Shown here in pieces: positions 10,031 through 19,694 of a stretch of 64,000 nt of DNA. Location of the stretch: positions 1 through 64,000 of IMG/VR virus record IMGVR_UViG_3300003543_000059, one strand, 5' to 3'. Below the pieces are notes generated by a model, which was given only the letters and a program-made list of their open reading frames with translations, searched no databases and had not been told where the DNA came from. A program made the translations under genes and the position numbers. The stretch is from a virus. Each line of letters begins with the position of its first letter. Position 1 is the stretch's first letter.

Positions 10031-12103
10031 TTAAATATCGGTTCCAGTGTTAACAATACGAATTGGTATATAAATAAATTCAGCAGCTCGGACTGGTTTT
10101 AATGCTACGTCAATGTAAAGCTCATTACGGTCGATACGGTCTGGAGTGTTGTTAGACTCGTCACAGACCGTAACAGCATCATATAACCCACGCTTAACGA
10201 TTAAATCACCTAAGAAATTATCAACCAATGCTTTAAGGTTGTCTCTTGTGATTTGGTCATTAGGCTCGAACACGAAAGATAATGTGTTTTTACGTAATTG
10301 ACGTTTGATGTATTTCATTAAACGGGAAACGTTAACTCTGTCTAATGCAGAAGCATCAGGAGCAGAGGTTTTTTGACCCCAAACAATAATACCACGACCA
10401 GGGAAAAATACGATTGGATTTATATTAGTAAAATATTTATATAAATCATCACGTTGCCCTTGGTTAAGGTGTAACTGTTCGAAAGTTGTAGCAGTACCTA
10501 ATTGACCTGAAACATATCCAAGGTCAGAAACAGCAGTTACTAAACCACGTCTTGTACCAGCAGGAGCGAACCACAATTCGGAAGCTTCATCACTGAAAGC
10601 GTAAGTTCTAATTGCTGTACTTGAAGCAGGTACCATCACGTTTTTACCATCTAAGTTAGATGCTAATTGGTGTGGGTAGTAATAAGCAACATGAGTAGAT
10701 GTTTGTCTACCTGTTGTATTAGACCATGCAACAATTTCAGAAGCGTTCATATTGAAAGGGACATCACCAATAACAAAAGCTTCTTCTTGAATGTCAACAG
10801 AAAGTGCGATTAATTCATCAACAACTTCGTGATAACCAGGACATAAGATTAAGTTATATTCAAAATTTTCTGAACGGATACCTTCGTTGCTGTTGATAGT
10901 AGCTTGAAGTGCTGTTGTAATAGCAACACGTCTAGCAGCATCGTTAGCACCTAAGCTGATACCGTTTTTAAATTCTTTAGTGTATTGGAAATCATCAGCA
11001 GTCGCAATGAATAAGTTTCCACTTTCCGCTGGTAAAAATTCATCTAAGATGAAAGCACCTAATAAGTTAGCTATCCAATCAGCTACCATACCATCAAAAC
11101 CAATGTAAGTTGTTGTAGCAGGTTGGTCATAACCATTAGCATAAACATCTAATGGTGCTGAAGTAACATCATCATAAAATTCGTCTTCTAATGTGCTGAA
11201 TGAGAATGATTTGAACAAATCGATAGATGATTCGTTAGCTAATGAAATAAGCTCTGAACCAGTTACCGTTTCTTTGAATAATACTGTTCCGTCAACCGCT
11301 GGTTCAATAGCAACAAAACCAGGTAAAGCAGCAAATAATGGTGTTGGACTAACACCATCAGCTAATAACACTGTTGATGTGAAACCAGCAGAAAGAGCTG
11401 AAATTCTAATATTACCGATAGCAATTGAAGCACTACCGCCAACTAAAATGATATTCATTAAGTTTATAACATCATCATAAGTTTCGCCACCAACTAAAGT
11501 AATGCTGAAAGTTGTGAAACCAGTATTATCAATATCAGCTTGAAAATCGTATGTGCCAGCAGGAACAGTTGTAGGTGCTGTGCCAATGATAGGGTTAAGA
11601 TAGTTAACATCTTGATAACCGGAGCTTGAATCACCAGGGATATAGCCGTTAACAAGATTGTATTCGTTGATGAATTCTTGAGACAAATTTTCCAGCAATA
11701 TAGAGGTTTCCTGAACCTTTGCATTCCACATTGCACGAACGTCTAATAAATCATCGTTTAAGTTTACGTTTGCTCTTATAACAAATGCTCTGTCACCTAT
11801 ACCTAAGTAGTTGTTCAAAGCGAATAAACCATATTCGTTTCTAGCATCACCGTGGAACTGGTTGCCGGAAGTGTCTTCCAAGAAGTTGGGTAAGCCATAA
11901 AGGTCTAAACTTTGTTTTCTTGAGGTTACTGTACGAATAACATCGTATTCTTCAGTACCGACCGCTGGTGTTATACCATCAGTTTGGAGCTTTTCATCTT
12001 CCGTTGCAATGAAAAACAGGGGAACGGTGGATGCGGATACTGGGATGAAAAACGATTCATCTGTTATGGTAACCGATACACCAGGGCTAATTAATGATGC
12101 CAT
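10031..12103 (-). CDS. gp18: Contractile tail sheath protein
   Basis: SLISPGVSV, WFAPAGTRRG, INPIV..WGQKT..ALDRVNVSRL, FEPND, CDESNNTP, KPVRAAEFIYI; late promoter at 12208-12201. Confidence 0.97.
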   Translation of the reverse strand: MASLISPGVSVTITDESFFIPVSASTVPLFFIATEDEKLQTDGITPAVGTEEYDVIRTVTSRKQSLDLYGLPNFLEDTSGNQFHGDARNEYGLFALNNYLGIGDRAFVIRANVNLNDDLLDVRAMWNAKVQETSILLENLSQEFINEYNLVNGYIPGDSSSGYQDVNYLNPIIGTAPTTVPAGTYDFQADIDNTGFTTFSITLVGGETYDDVINLMNIILVGGSASIAIGNIRISALSAGFTSTVLLADGVSPTPLFAALPGFVAIEPAVDGTVLFKETVTGSELISLANESSIDLFKSFSFSTLEDEFYDDVTSAPLDVYANGYDQPATTTYIGFDGMVADWIANLLGAFILDEFLPAESGNLFIATADDFQYTKEFKNGISLGANDAARRVAITTALQATINSNEGIRSENFEYNLILCPGYHEVVDELIALSVDIQEEAFVIGDVPFNMNASEIVAWSNTTGRQTSTHVAYYYPHQLASNLDGKNVMVPASSTAIRTYAFSDEASELWFAPAGTRRGLVTAVSDLGYVSGQLGTATTFEQLHLNQGQRDDLYKYFTNINPIVFFPGRGIIVWGQKTSAPDASALDRVNVSRLMKYIKRQLRKNTLSFVFEPNDQITRDNLKALVDNFLGDLIVKRGLYDAVTVCDESNNTPDRIDRNELYIDVALKPVRAAEFIYIPIRIVNTGTDI

Positions 12104-12224
12104 GATATTTCCTTATTTTAATGTTTTATTTTAAATTCCATTTTGTGCCGCAGAATGTGTTGGACATCACATCAACATTAAATGTTATCTCTACTACAAA
12201 TATTTATAGGAATGGCAGAAAAAA

Positions 12225-12596
12225 TTATAAATCTTCAAAGATTATATTAAGGTTAATAGTATCAACGGTGTTAAGTTCGATGTATAACAGATTAATAATA
12301 GCTACGATAGAATTTGTGCTATATAATGGTTGAACATCTAATTGAAGTAATTCTACTCTAGGGTCTTGTTCTATAACAGCTTGTAATTCTTCTCTAACTG
12401 TAGTAACTGATGTGTGGTCTAAAGGTTCAAAGACAATATCCATCAATGTGGTACCAAAATCCGGCATCATTACTCGTTCGCCTTTCCTTGTCCATATGTG
12501 TGATAATATGTCACGTTTAACCAGTGCTAAATCTGTAACACTGAAAGAGCCTTTGGTGTTGTAATTTTGTAGTGAAAATCCTTTGTATAAAGCCAT
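12225..12596 (-). CDS. gp25: Baseplate wedge subunit
   Basis: TRKGERVMMPDFG..FEP..DPRV. Confidence 0.92.
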   Translation of the reverse strand: MALYKGFSLQNYNTKGSFSVTDLALVKRDILSHIWTRKGERVMMPDFGTTLMDIVFEPLDHTSVTTVREELQAVIEQDPRVELLQLDVQPLYSTNSIVAIINLLYIELNTVDTINLNIIFEDL

Positions 12597-14150
12597 TTAT
12601 CTTCTCCATTTTGTACTACGAGTAGGGAATATTACACCACGTTCAGCCCGACCAACACTAGAATCTTCGTAGGTATATTCTAAATTGATTGGTAAAATCC
12701 CACCAGCACCACCTAATCCATCTAATGTGTTACTTTCAAATTGTGATTCATTGTTAACTGCTCCCTCTTTGGTAGCAATCCTACCCCACGGTTCATGTTC
12801 TGGAACCTTAGAAGGTATATAAGCGTATTCTGTGAAATCTGTGGTTAACGTTGGGTCACGGTCTGTAACGACGTTAGGTAACGTTCCTGTTTTGTTTAAG
12901 TCTACTCTTGAGCCGTTTATGTAAGTTTCTAATGTACTTTTTGAATAGATGTAAGTTCCGTTTGTAACAACATCACCAAGTGCTTGGACTAATATATTGT
13001 TATCAGCTTGTAAATGATAGAAACCTTTAACATGAATTTTCATGTTGGTATCTGTCAATATATTAATGGTTTCATCCGTTTTGATGTGAAGCTGTTTCCC
13101 AGAATGAATCTTGATTTCTGCTTCACTCTTCAAATGAATGCCATCTTTAGCGTACATTTTGATTTTTTTGTTAGCAGTGAAGTTTATATCCTTTTCAGCA
13201 TGAACAGAAAAGTTGCCACTAGTGAACATATCAATGTTACCCACTTGGTCCATTTCAATCCAGTTTTCACCTTTAGCTGTTGATATATAAATTCGTTCAT
13301 TAGTATCATCTAATATGATTTGATGACCGGAAGTTGTTCTGCAACGTATTCTGCAATTTTGTTGTGAATCATCCATAGCAAATGAATGAAAACCAGGTGT
13401 AGTAATGCTGTAACCTTGTGAATCATTATTAGTTTTTCCTTCAACTTGAATTTCAGGTTGTTGTCTACTTTGTCTATACCCACGTTTGGCTTCACCCCCA
13501 CTGGTTTTGTCTGCTATATTATTGACAGTTCCCGCGTTTTGTGTTCTTAAACTATCGACCGCAGCATTTTGAGAATCAGCACCTCTGGTTTTCCATTCTT
13601 TAGCTGTTGATTTTGTGATTTTACCATTGTCGAAAGCTTCTTTACCGTTGGTGTATAACGGCTCAATTTGAGTTTCGTTACTAGCTAGTGGTCCTTCTAG
13701 ATTATCGTCCATGTAGCGACCGTGTGGTAACGTATGAGGTGTGTATTGGTCATACATGCAGCCCATCCACGCTCTATTACTTGGATTACCGTCTAAACAC
13801 ATAACCATAACATTAGCACCAACTTTTGGTATTGCCCACATTCCATATGAAACATGACCACCAGTTTGTGTATCTTCGTTTCCACGAACAGTTTTTTTAA
13901 GAGCACCACCAAAAGGAGAACAATATATGCACCAAGGAATATCATCTAAAGATTCGTCTAAATCGTCACCAAACATAGGGCAAAAAACTTTCACCCTACC
14001 CATTTGTTGGGGGTCATTAGCATCTATAAGCGTACCGATGGTCATACCACCAAATGTAGAATTCGTGAAATGAGTTTCACGCTCTAAATCTCTAGTGATT
14101 CTTTTTCTTATAGAGGAAATGTCTCTTATTTTTTTACCTTTTCTTATCAT
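12597..14150 (-). CDS. gp5: Baseplate spike gp5/VgrG-like (OB fold plus beta-helix; no lysozyme domain evident)
   Basis: DPQQMGRVKV..PW..PKVGANV; TTSGHQIILDD; beta-helix repeats; PEHEPW. Confidence 0.85.
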   Translation of the reverse strand: MIRKGKKIRDISSIRKRITRDLERETHFTNSTFGGMTIGTLIDANDPQQMGRVKVFCPMFGDDLDESLDDIPWCIYCSPFGGALKKTVRGNEDTQTGGHVSYGMWAIPKVGANVMVMCLDGNPSNRAWMGCMYDQYTPHTLPHGRYMDDNLEGPLASNETQIEPLYTNGKEAFDNGKITKSTAKEWKTRGADSQNAAVDSLRTQNAGTVNNIADKTSGGEAKRGYRQSRQQPEIQVEGKTNNDSQGYSITTPGFHSFAMDDSQQNCRIRCRTTSGHQIILDDTNERIYISTAKGENWIEMDQVGNIDMFTSGNFSVHAEKDINFTANKKIKMYAKDGIHLKSEAEIKIHSGKQLHIKTDETINILTDTNMKIHVKGFYHLQADNNILVQALGDVVTNGTYIYSKSTLETYINGSRVDLNKTGTLPNVVTDRDPTLTTDFTEYAYIPSKVPEHEPWGRIATKEGAVNNESQFESNTLDGLGGAGGILPINLEYTYEDSSVGRAERGVIFPTRSTKWRR

Positions 14151-14164
14151 AATATTATATATCG

Positions 14165-16159
14165 TTATGCTCTAAGTGTATCTAATCTAGCTTGAGCTGT
14201 TTCACCATCAGAAACAACAGGTTTAGCTACCCACGGTTTAACAGTGAAATGTTTTTCGCCATTTATAAGTGTAGTTTTACTGCCATCTTCATTTGTCACA
14301 ATCGTGTGAACTTGTTCTGTTGTAAATGGTTTTTTCTCTTTAGCGTTAGACGTGGTTCCTTCTTCGATAGAATTTGGCATACTAATCATTTCTAATTCTT
14401 GTGTAAATAATCCACCAGAAAATTCGTTGGCAACGGAGAACACATAATATTTTCCGGTATACCAAAACGGTTCCATTTTAACAACAACACCATTTTCTTC
14501 AATTGGCATCATAATATTTATCTCTATTAACGCTGGCACTTTTTCCCAATGTGGGAATACTGAATTTTCTTCAACCTTCGTAGATTCATTTTTGCCGAAC
14601 CCTTTAGGAACTTTGTTGATAGAGTTTAATAATGCAGGGTTACCATGAATCTTGACTTTAGATTGTAGGTTTTCCAATGCAGCATGACGGTCTAATAATG
14701 ATTGAAATTCCGCAGCCTTTTTAGGACTCTTGGTGTTAGCCGTTTCTGGGTTTTTGTTATTCTTCCTATAAAAGATAGGTAATTTTTTAGGAATATTTTT
14801 CTTAGAACCATCAGAATTATCAGGGTCATTAACGTTTATTGGCTTATCGTTAGCCACTTGACTAACTACATCCGTTGGGTGCTCGGACTGTGCTCGTAAA
14901 TTATTTCCATTAGTCAATTGTTGAAAGAACACAAACCCCATTTCCATTTTCATAGAATAGTCTATAATGTCTATGTTTTGTCCAGTATAAATGTAATCAA
15001 GTGATAGTGTGTTCTCGTCCAATTGCGCTTGCAATTCAGGGTCGTTACTTTTAGAAGCGTCAAAAATGTTGCTGAACATTAATTTTTGGCGTTCAATGTA
15101 GTATTTGATGATATATTTATCTTTGTTAGACTTTAATATGGTGCGAATTTTGAACCCATATTTGTCTTTAGTTTTTGTTTCCCCAGCAGCATCATCTTTT
15201 ATTTTTTCGCATTTGTTCATGATGGTTTTAATAGCATTTTCTATTGTTATACCTTTACTAAAATCCATTGCCGCCCCAGATGTAGTAAGACCATCTGAAG
15301 TTGTTTGCTGTTGAACATCATCTACGGTATAACCTGTATCAAGCCTATATTCATCTGATAATTCATATTCGTACTCAATAGCCAAGGGGTCTATACCTTG
15401 TGCCTTTAAATCCTGAACAACACTTGAGTAATATTTGTTGTATCGAAAGTTAATCTTTTCAAACAATTTTCCTATAGCACTCTTCAACAAAGCATCCTTA
15501 GTAAGATTCATTTTTACTGTTGAAGTAATATCATTGATTTGAGGCATTTTAGATACCCCATTGTTAATGTTTACAAACTTAATATCGTATATAGCACCTT
15601 GCACATTGAATTCAGCTTCTAATTCAACTACAGTGAATATCAATGGCGCAATGTTGGTGAAATATTCCGGCTGATTAGCCTTTTCTTGGTGGTGGTCATT
15701 GTAACCAACAAAGATGGTCTTAATCATCCATACACACGAATTGTGGTCACGATTTAACGCTTCATATGTTTGTTTAATGTCATTTAAGAATCGAACCCCT
15801 TTAGGTTCATTGATTACCATTCCACCTTCAGTAACCATAGCTGTATAATTACCTGAGTTGTTATTACCGCGTTGTCCAGTAATTGATTCCCACTTCAATT
15901 CGTCAATAGCATAATGAGCATCAGTCATCCCATTAATCATAACTACATAGTTACCTTTAGTAGTTGGGTCTGTTTCCAATCTTTCGCTAGAATACAACCC
16001 ATCAACTGAACGCTTAACTACATCGTTAAGTCTGCTAGTTCCTGTTGAATTATCTGCAATGCTTATAGAAGTTGCGGTTTCAACGGTATCGCATATAACC
16101 AAAATGTGGTGGTATGAATATGTACGAAATTTTGATAATACGTTATATGGTGTGCTCAT
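14165..16159 (-). CDS. Baseplate hub protein (gp27-like)
   Basis: Position between gp53 and gp5; YIYTGQN, KIHGNP, GKYYVFSVANEFSGGLFTQEL. Confidence 0.6.
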   Translation of the reverse strand: MSTPYNVLSKFRTYSYHHILVICDTVETATSISIADNSTGTSRLNDVVKRSVDGLYSSERLETDPTTKGNYVVMINGMTDAHYAIDELKWESITGQRGNNNSGNYTAMVTEGGMVINEPKGVRFLNDIKQTYEALNRDHNSCVWMIKTIFVGYNDHHQEKANQPEYFTNIAPLIFTVVELEAEFNVQGAIYDIKFVNINNGVSKMPQINDITSTVKMNLTKDALLKSAIGKLFEKINFRYNKYYSSVVQDLKAQGIDPLAIEYEYELSDEYRLDTGYTVDDVQQQTTSDGLTTSGAAMDFSKGITIENAIKTIMNKCEKIKDDAAGETKTKDKYGFKIRTILKSNKDKYIIKYYIERQKLMFSNIFDASKSNDPELQAQLDENTLSLDYIYTGQNIDIIDYSMKMEMGFVFFQQLTNGNNLRAQSEHPTDVVSQVANDKPINVNDPDNSDGSKKNIPKKLPIFYRKNNKNPETANTKSPKKAAEFQSLLDRHAALENLQSKVKIHGNPALLNSINKVPKGFGKNESTKVEENSVFPHWEKVPALIEINIMMPIEENGVVVKMEPFWYTGKYYVFSVANEFSGGLFTQELEMISMPNSIEEGTTSNAKEKKPFTTEQVHTIVTNEDGSKTTLINGEKHFTVKPWVAKPVVSDGETAQARLDTLRA

Positions 16160-16497
16160 TATTCTAACTCGCCCCCAGTTTTTTTATTTGTTATGTCGAA
16201 TAGCACTCTGCTAGGTGATGGCAATGTTAATACTTTACCAACAACTAACTCTTCTTGAATGTCTACAATGTGATTAGTTTGCAACACAATCCACGCAAAT
16301 TCTGATTTACCGTAAATCTCATAAGCTATACGGTCTGGACGTTGGGCAAATCTAGGTAATACTTCAACTTCAATATCATCATCTGATGCTTCTATATTGT
16401 ATCGTTCCCACCATTTAACCTTACCAGCGTTGTTGTAATATGCTAACCCGCCTTGTGTGTATCTTGATGATTTTGCTAATAATACGTCACTGTTCAT
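16159..16497 (-). CDS. gp53: Baseplate wedge LysM-like protein
   Basis: RPDRIAYEIYG..WIVLQTN..LTLPS. Confidence 0.8.
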   Translation of the reverse strand: MNSDVLLAKSSRYTQGGLAYYNNAGKVKWWERYNIEASDDDIEVEVLPRFAQRPDRIAYEIYGKSEFAWIVLQTNHIVDIQEELVVGKVLTLPSPSRVLFDITNKKTGGELE

Positions 16498-16506
16498 AAT
16501 GAATCC

Positions 16507-17169
16507 TTAAAAATGTGAAAGGTTGCCAGCTTTAAAATCTGCCAAACTAAATTTAGAATATTCTTGTGGTGAATGTGATTCCGTTAACTGAACATCGAGG
16601 TTCATAATAACTGGGAATGGTTCACCTGTTGCTAAAGGTATATATGTTATGTCAGATGGGTAGGTGTTGGTCAACTGAGTGATAATGATAGGTATCTTAT
16701 ATAGGTTACCAACACGGTCTAACACATCAGGACTTTGGTTCAACGTTGTGCCATCAGCATAAGCTGTTAAATGTAAAACGTCTGGTGGCGAACCTAACAA
16801 GTTTCTAGCTGCTTTAACATTGCTTGCTTCTCTTGACTGTGATGCTGTTTCTTTTGCTGTATATGTTTCAGGAGAACCGCTTTGTCCAAAGTAAGGCATT
16901 GTCCAACTTCTCATAAGCTGTAAATGTCTAGAATTTTTTTCAGCTTCTTCTACCGTTCTGGATATAAATTTTGCTACTAAAGAGAAAGTTCTAGTTGATG
17001 AATTGCCATATGCGTAAATGTTCCCAGGCATGTGGATTAAGTCTAAATTCTTATAATTCACGTTTCTAGTTTCGTTTAATTCGGGTGTCACATTAAAAAC
17101 CACCACGTCATTGGGGTTGGCAATTGATGCAATCTTAACCTTATAGCGGTCTTCAGGTAATTCAGCCAT
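16507..17169 (-). CDS. Baseplate/tail-tube cap protein (gp48-like)
   Basis: YGNSSTRTFSL..PPDVL..YPSD tube-initiator pattern; baseplate operon context. Confidence 0.6.
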   Translation of the reverse strand: MAELPEDRYKVKIASIANPNDVVVFNVTPELNETRNVNYKNLDLIHMPGNIYAYGNSSTRTFSLVAKFISRTVEEAEKNSRHLQLMRSWTMPYFGQSGSPETYTAKETASQSREASNVKAARNLLGSPPDVLHLTAYADGTTLNQSPDVLDRVGNLYKIPIIITQLTNTYPSDITYIPLATGEPFPVIMNLDVQLTESHSPQEYSKFSLADFKAGNLSHF

Positions 17170-17288
17170 TTTTCCTTCCTTATAAATATTCTTGTATTTA
17201 TTACAATTGGAACTTTACTAAATTATAATATTCTGATATTCTAATAAAGGTAAAATCCAATAAAAACAATAATAAAGGAAAAACATCT

Positions 17289-17819
17289 ATGTCAGATTCT
17301 ACGAAAGAAGAAAAACCACAAGTAGACCCAACACCTGCCCCACCTAAACGTAAGGGGCGAAAGAAAAACTTTCTTAATAACAGTGACTTATTAAATGAAA
17401 CGATATTAAGCCAAGAGCAGGGTAGAATGACAGAAAAATTAGCAACTATGTTGTTAGTTTTGTGTGATAAATATAAAAAATCAAAACAAGGTGACTTCAC
17501 CCGTTACACGTTCTTTAACGAAATGAAATCTAATGCCTTAGAAAATTTGGTTAAAAATGCTTGGCGTAAATTTGATGCTGAAAGGTTTTCAAATGCGTTT
17601 GCTTTCTATACCCAATGCGTACATAACTCTTACTTGCAATATCTCACTTATGAAAAACGTCACAGAAATATTCGTGATGCTTTGTTGGTTTCCCACGGTA
17701 AAACACCATCATTCAAATATATGGAAGAACATGCTGAAAAATCTTCTGGCACTTATTCCTCTGATGAAATGGTAGATTCTGGTGCGGATTTGAATTATGA
17801 CGGTGCTATGGTAGAATAA
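17289..17819 (+). CDS. gp55: Late-transcription sigma factor
   Basis: NFLNNSDL..YTFFNEMKSNA..FD..NAFAFYTQCVHNSYLQY..EK; adjacent to gp47/gp46. Confidence 0.9.
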   Translation: MSDSTKEEKPQVDPTPAPPKRKGRKKNFLNNSDLLNETILSQEQGRMTEKLATMLLVLCDKYKKSKQGDFTRYTFFNEMKSNALENLVKNAWRKFDAERFSNAFAFYTQCVHNSYLQYLTYEKRHRNIRDALLVSHGKTPSFKYMEEHAEKSSGTYSSDEMVDSGADLNYDGAMVE

Positions 17820-17882
17820 CTTCTTGACAATTCAATGACACTACACTATTATGCAGTTTAAAATTGTTAACGGTGGGGTGTT

Positions 17883-18020
17883 ATGAATCTGAGTGTTGGA
17901 ACAGGAATAGCTATAGTTAGTATGTGGGCATTGCCTGTAGCTTGTAGTGTAATCATGAAAAACATGCGAAGACTATGGGTTAAATACGCATGGGACAAAG
18001 CGAGAACTATTAAAGAATGA
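17883..18020 (+). CDS. Small putative membrane peptide (45 aa, not in ORF track)
   Basis: RBS GGGG, hydrophobic N-half, ATGA overlap with gp47. Confidence 0.45.
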   Translation: MNLSVGTGIAIVSMWALPVACSVIMKNMRRLWVKYAWDKARTIKE

Positions 18021-19090
18021 AAATGTTTGACAAATGCGCTATGTTTACTGATATACATTTTGGTAGACGTAATAACAGTGAAGCGCACAATAAGGACTGT
18101 TTAAATTTTGTAGAATGGTTTTGTGAACAGGTCAAAAATGACCCCACGATTGACCATATTATGTTCTTAGGTGATTGGTTTGAAACTCGTAGTGCTATCG
18201 ACCAAGAAACCATTAACTACTCTCAGAAAGCGTTTGACTTGCTTGAAGCACTTGAAATGCCCATCTACATGTTAGTAGGTAATCATGATTTGTATCGTAA
18301 ATTTTCTAGGGATATTAACTCGTCTAACATCTTTAAAGAATACAACAATCTTATCATCATTCAGGAGCCTGAAGTTCGACCGGAACTTCATGATTCATTC
18401 TTGACACCATTTTTGTTCAGCCATGAATTTGAAGAAGTTGTTAAATACAGTAAGTACAAGACGTGGTTTGGTCATTTGGAACTGAACGACTTTTACATTA
18501 CAGGGTATTACAATGTTAAAATGGAACACGGAGCAGACCCGAAACTCTTTAAAGATGTCGATAGGATATTTACTGGACACTATCATCGTAGGCAGTCTTA
18601 CAATAATATTCACTATATTGGTTCTCCATTTGGCTTCGATTTTAGTGATATAGACGATTTCGACAAAGGTATGGCTACTTTCAGCCACATTACCGAAGTA
18701 ACAGAATATTTCAATTATGAAGAAGGTGCCAAGTTCACCCAAATCAAACTAACCAAACTCTTAACAGATTTAAAAGCTGGAACTCTCAAATACCCTAACA
18801 ATATTTCGATACGTTGTGTGTTGGACATGGTGTTGGATTATGAGAAACATATGACAGTTAAAGACCTGATTATGAAGTCTTTTGATGTTAGAGAGTTAAA
18901 GTTTGATGACCCTATCGAACTAAGACAATCATTGATGAACGCTGACACCGAAGAAGTTGATATTCTTATGGAAAACGAAGACGGTGAATTGCCAGAACTT
19001 AAAGAATTGGTTATAATCATGTTAGCTAAAATTGACACCGATAAAATTGACAATGACCTGTTGGTGAAACTATATAAAGAAATAACATAA
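18017..19090 (+). CDS. gp47: Recombination nuclease, Mre11/SbcD-like
   Basis: DIHFG, GDWF, GNHD, GHYH metallophosphoesterase motifs. Confidence 0.95.
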   Translation: MKMFDKCAMFTDIHFGRRNNSEAHNKDCLNFVEWFCEQVKNDPTIDHIMFLGDWFETRSAIDQETINYSQKAFDLLEALEMPIYMLVGNHDLYRKFSRDINSSNIFKEYNNLIIIQEPEVRPELHDSFLTPFLFSHEFEEVVKYSKYKTWFGHLELNDFYITGYYNVKMEHGADPKLFKDVDRIFTGHYHRRQSYNNIHYIGSPFGFDFSDIDDFDKGMATFSHITEVTEYFNYEEGAKFTQIKLTKLLTDLKAGTLKYPNNISIRCVLDMVLDYEKHMTVKDLIMKSFDVRELKFDDPIELRQSLMNADTEEVDILMENEDGELPELKELVIIMLAKIDTDKIDNDLLVKLYKEIT

Positions 19091-19320
19091 TGGAAGAATT
19101 AGAAAAAATTGCTGACTATCTTTGTGGATATGTGGTAGAATCTAATTCTATTCGTGTTGATACTGGTGACCGTACCAGTAAAGAAAACTACGATGACTTA
19201 TTGGATTTAGAATCTGATATTGGTCATTTAATGGTAGAATGGGATGTTGTCGATAAATGGGCTGACCATGATACCCAAATTATAACGTTTCAAAAGGTTA
19301 AGAAAAATGGCAAGATTTAA
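19090..19320 (+). CDS. Hypothetical protein
   Basis: TAATG coupling to gp47. Confidence 0.6.
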   Translation: MEELEKIADYLCGYVVESNSIRVDTGDRTSKENYDDLLDLESDIGHLMVEWDVVDKWADHDTQIITFQKVKKNGKI

Positions 19321-19507
19321 AGTGAAAGGCGAAGGTTTCGGTGGATTTATGGCGTGGGTGTTTGGCGTGTTATTATCGTTTGCGGCTATCTACGCCTTCT
19401 ATTGGGTATTCAAATCATTCAGCTATTGGTTGTTCTATGAAGACATGGTGCAAGACACAGTAAAAGAAATGCTTGGGCGTTATGTTAAACCTGAATCATT
19501 AAAATAA
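19307..19507 (+). CDS. Small membrane protein
   Basis: One hydrophobic segment; operon context. Confidence 0.65.
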   Translation: MARFKVKGEGFGGFMAWVFGVLLSFAAIYAFYWVFKSFSYWLFYEDMVQDTVKEMLGRYVKPESLK

Positions 19508-19508
19508 C

Positions 19509-19694
19509 ATGGAAAATATCTGGAATCGTTTAGACCTACTCGCTGGTGCTCAACTCTCTCATTTTCGCTATCTCGACTTCGAAAGATACAAACAAGAGTT
19601 GATAGAGCGTGATGTTAATTATACCCAAGAAGGTGAAATCTTATTAGAGAAATTCATTTGGGGCGAAGCTTACGAAACACATCATAATGATTAA
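19509..19694 (+). CDS. Hypothetical protein
   Basis: Fills the operon gap before gp46. Confidence 0.55.
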   Translation: MENIWNRLDLLAGAQLSHFRYLDFERYKQELIERDVNYTQEGEILLEKFIWGEAYETHHND

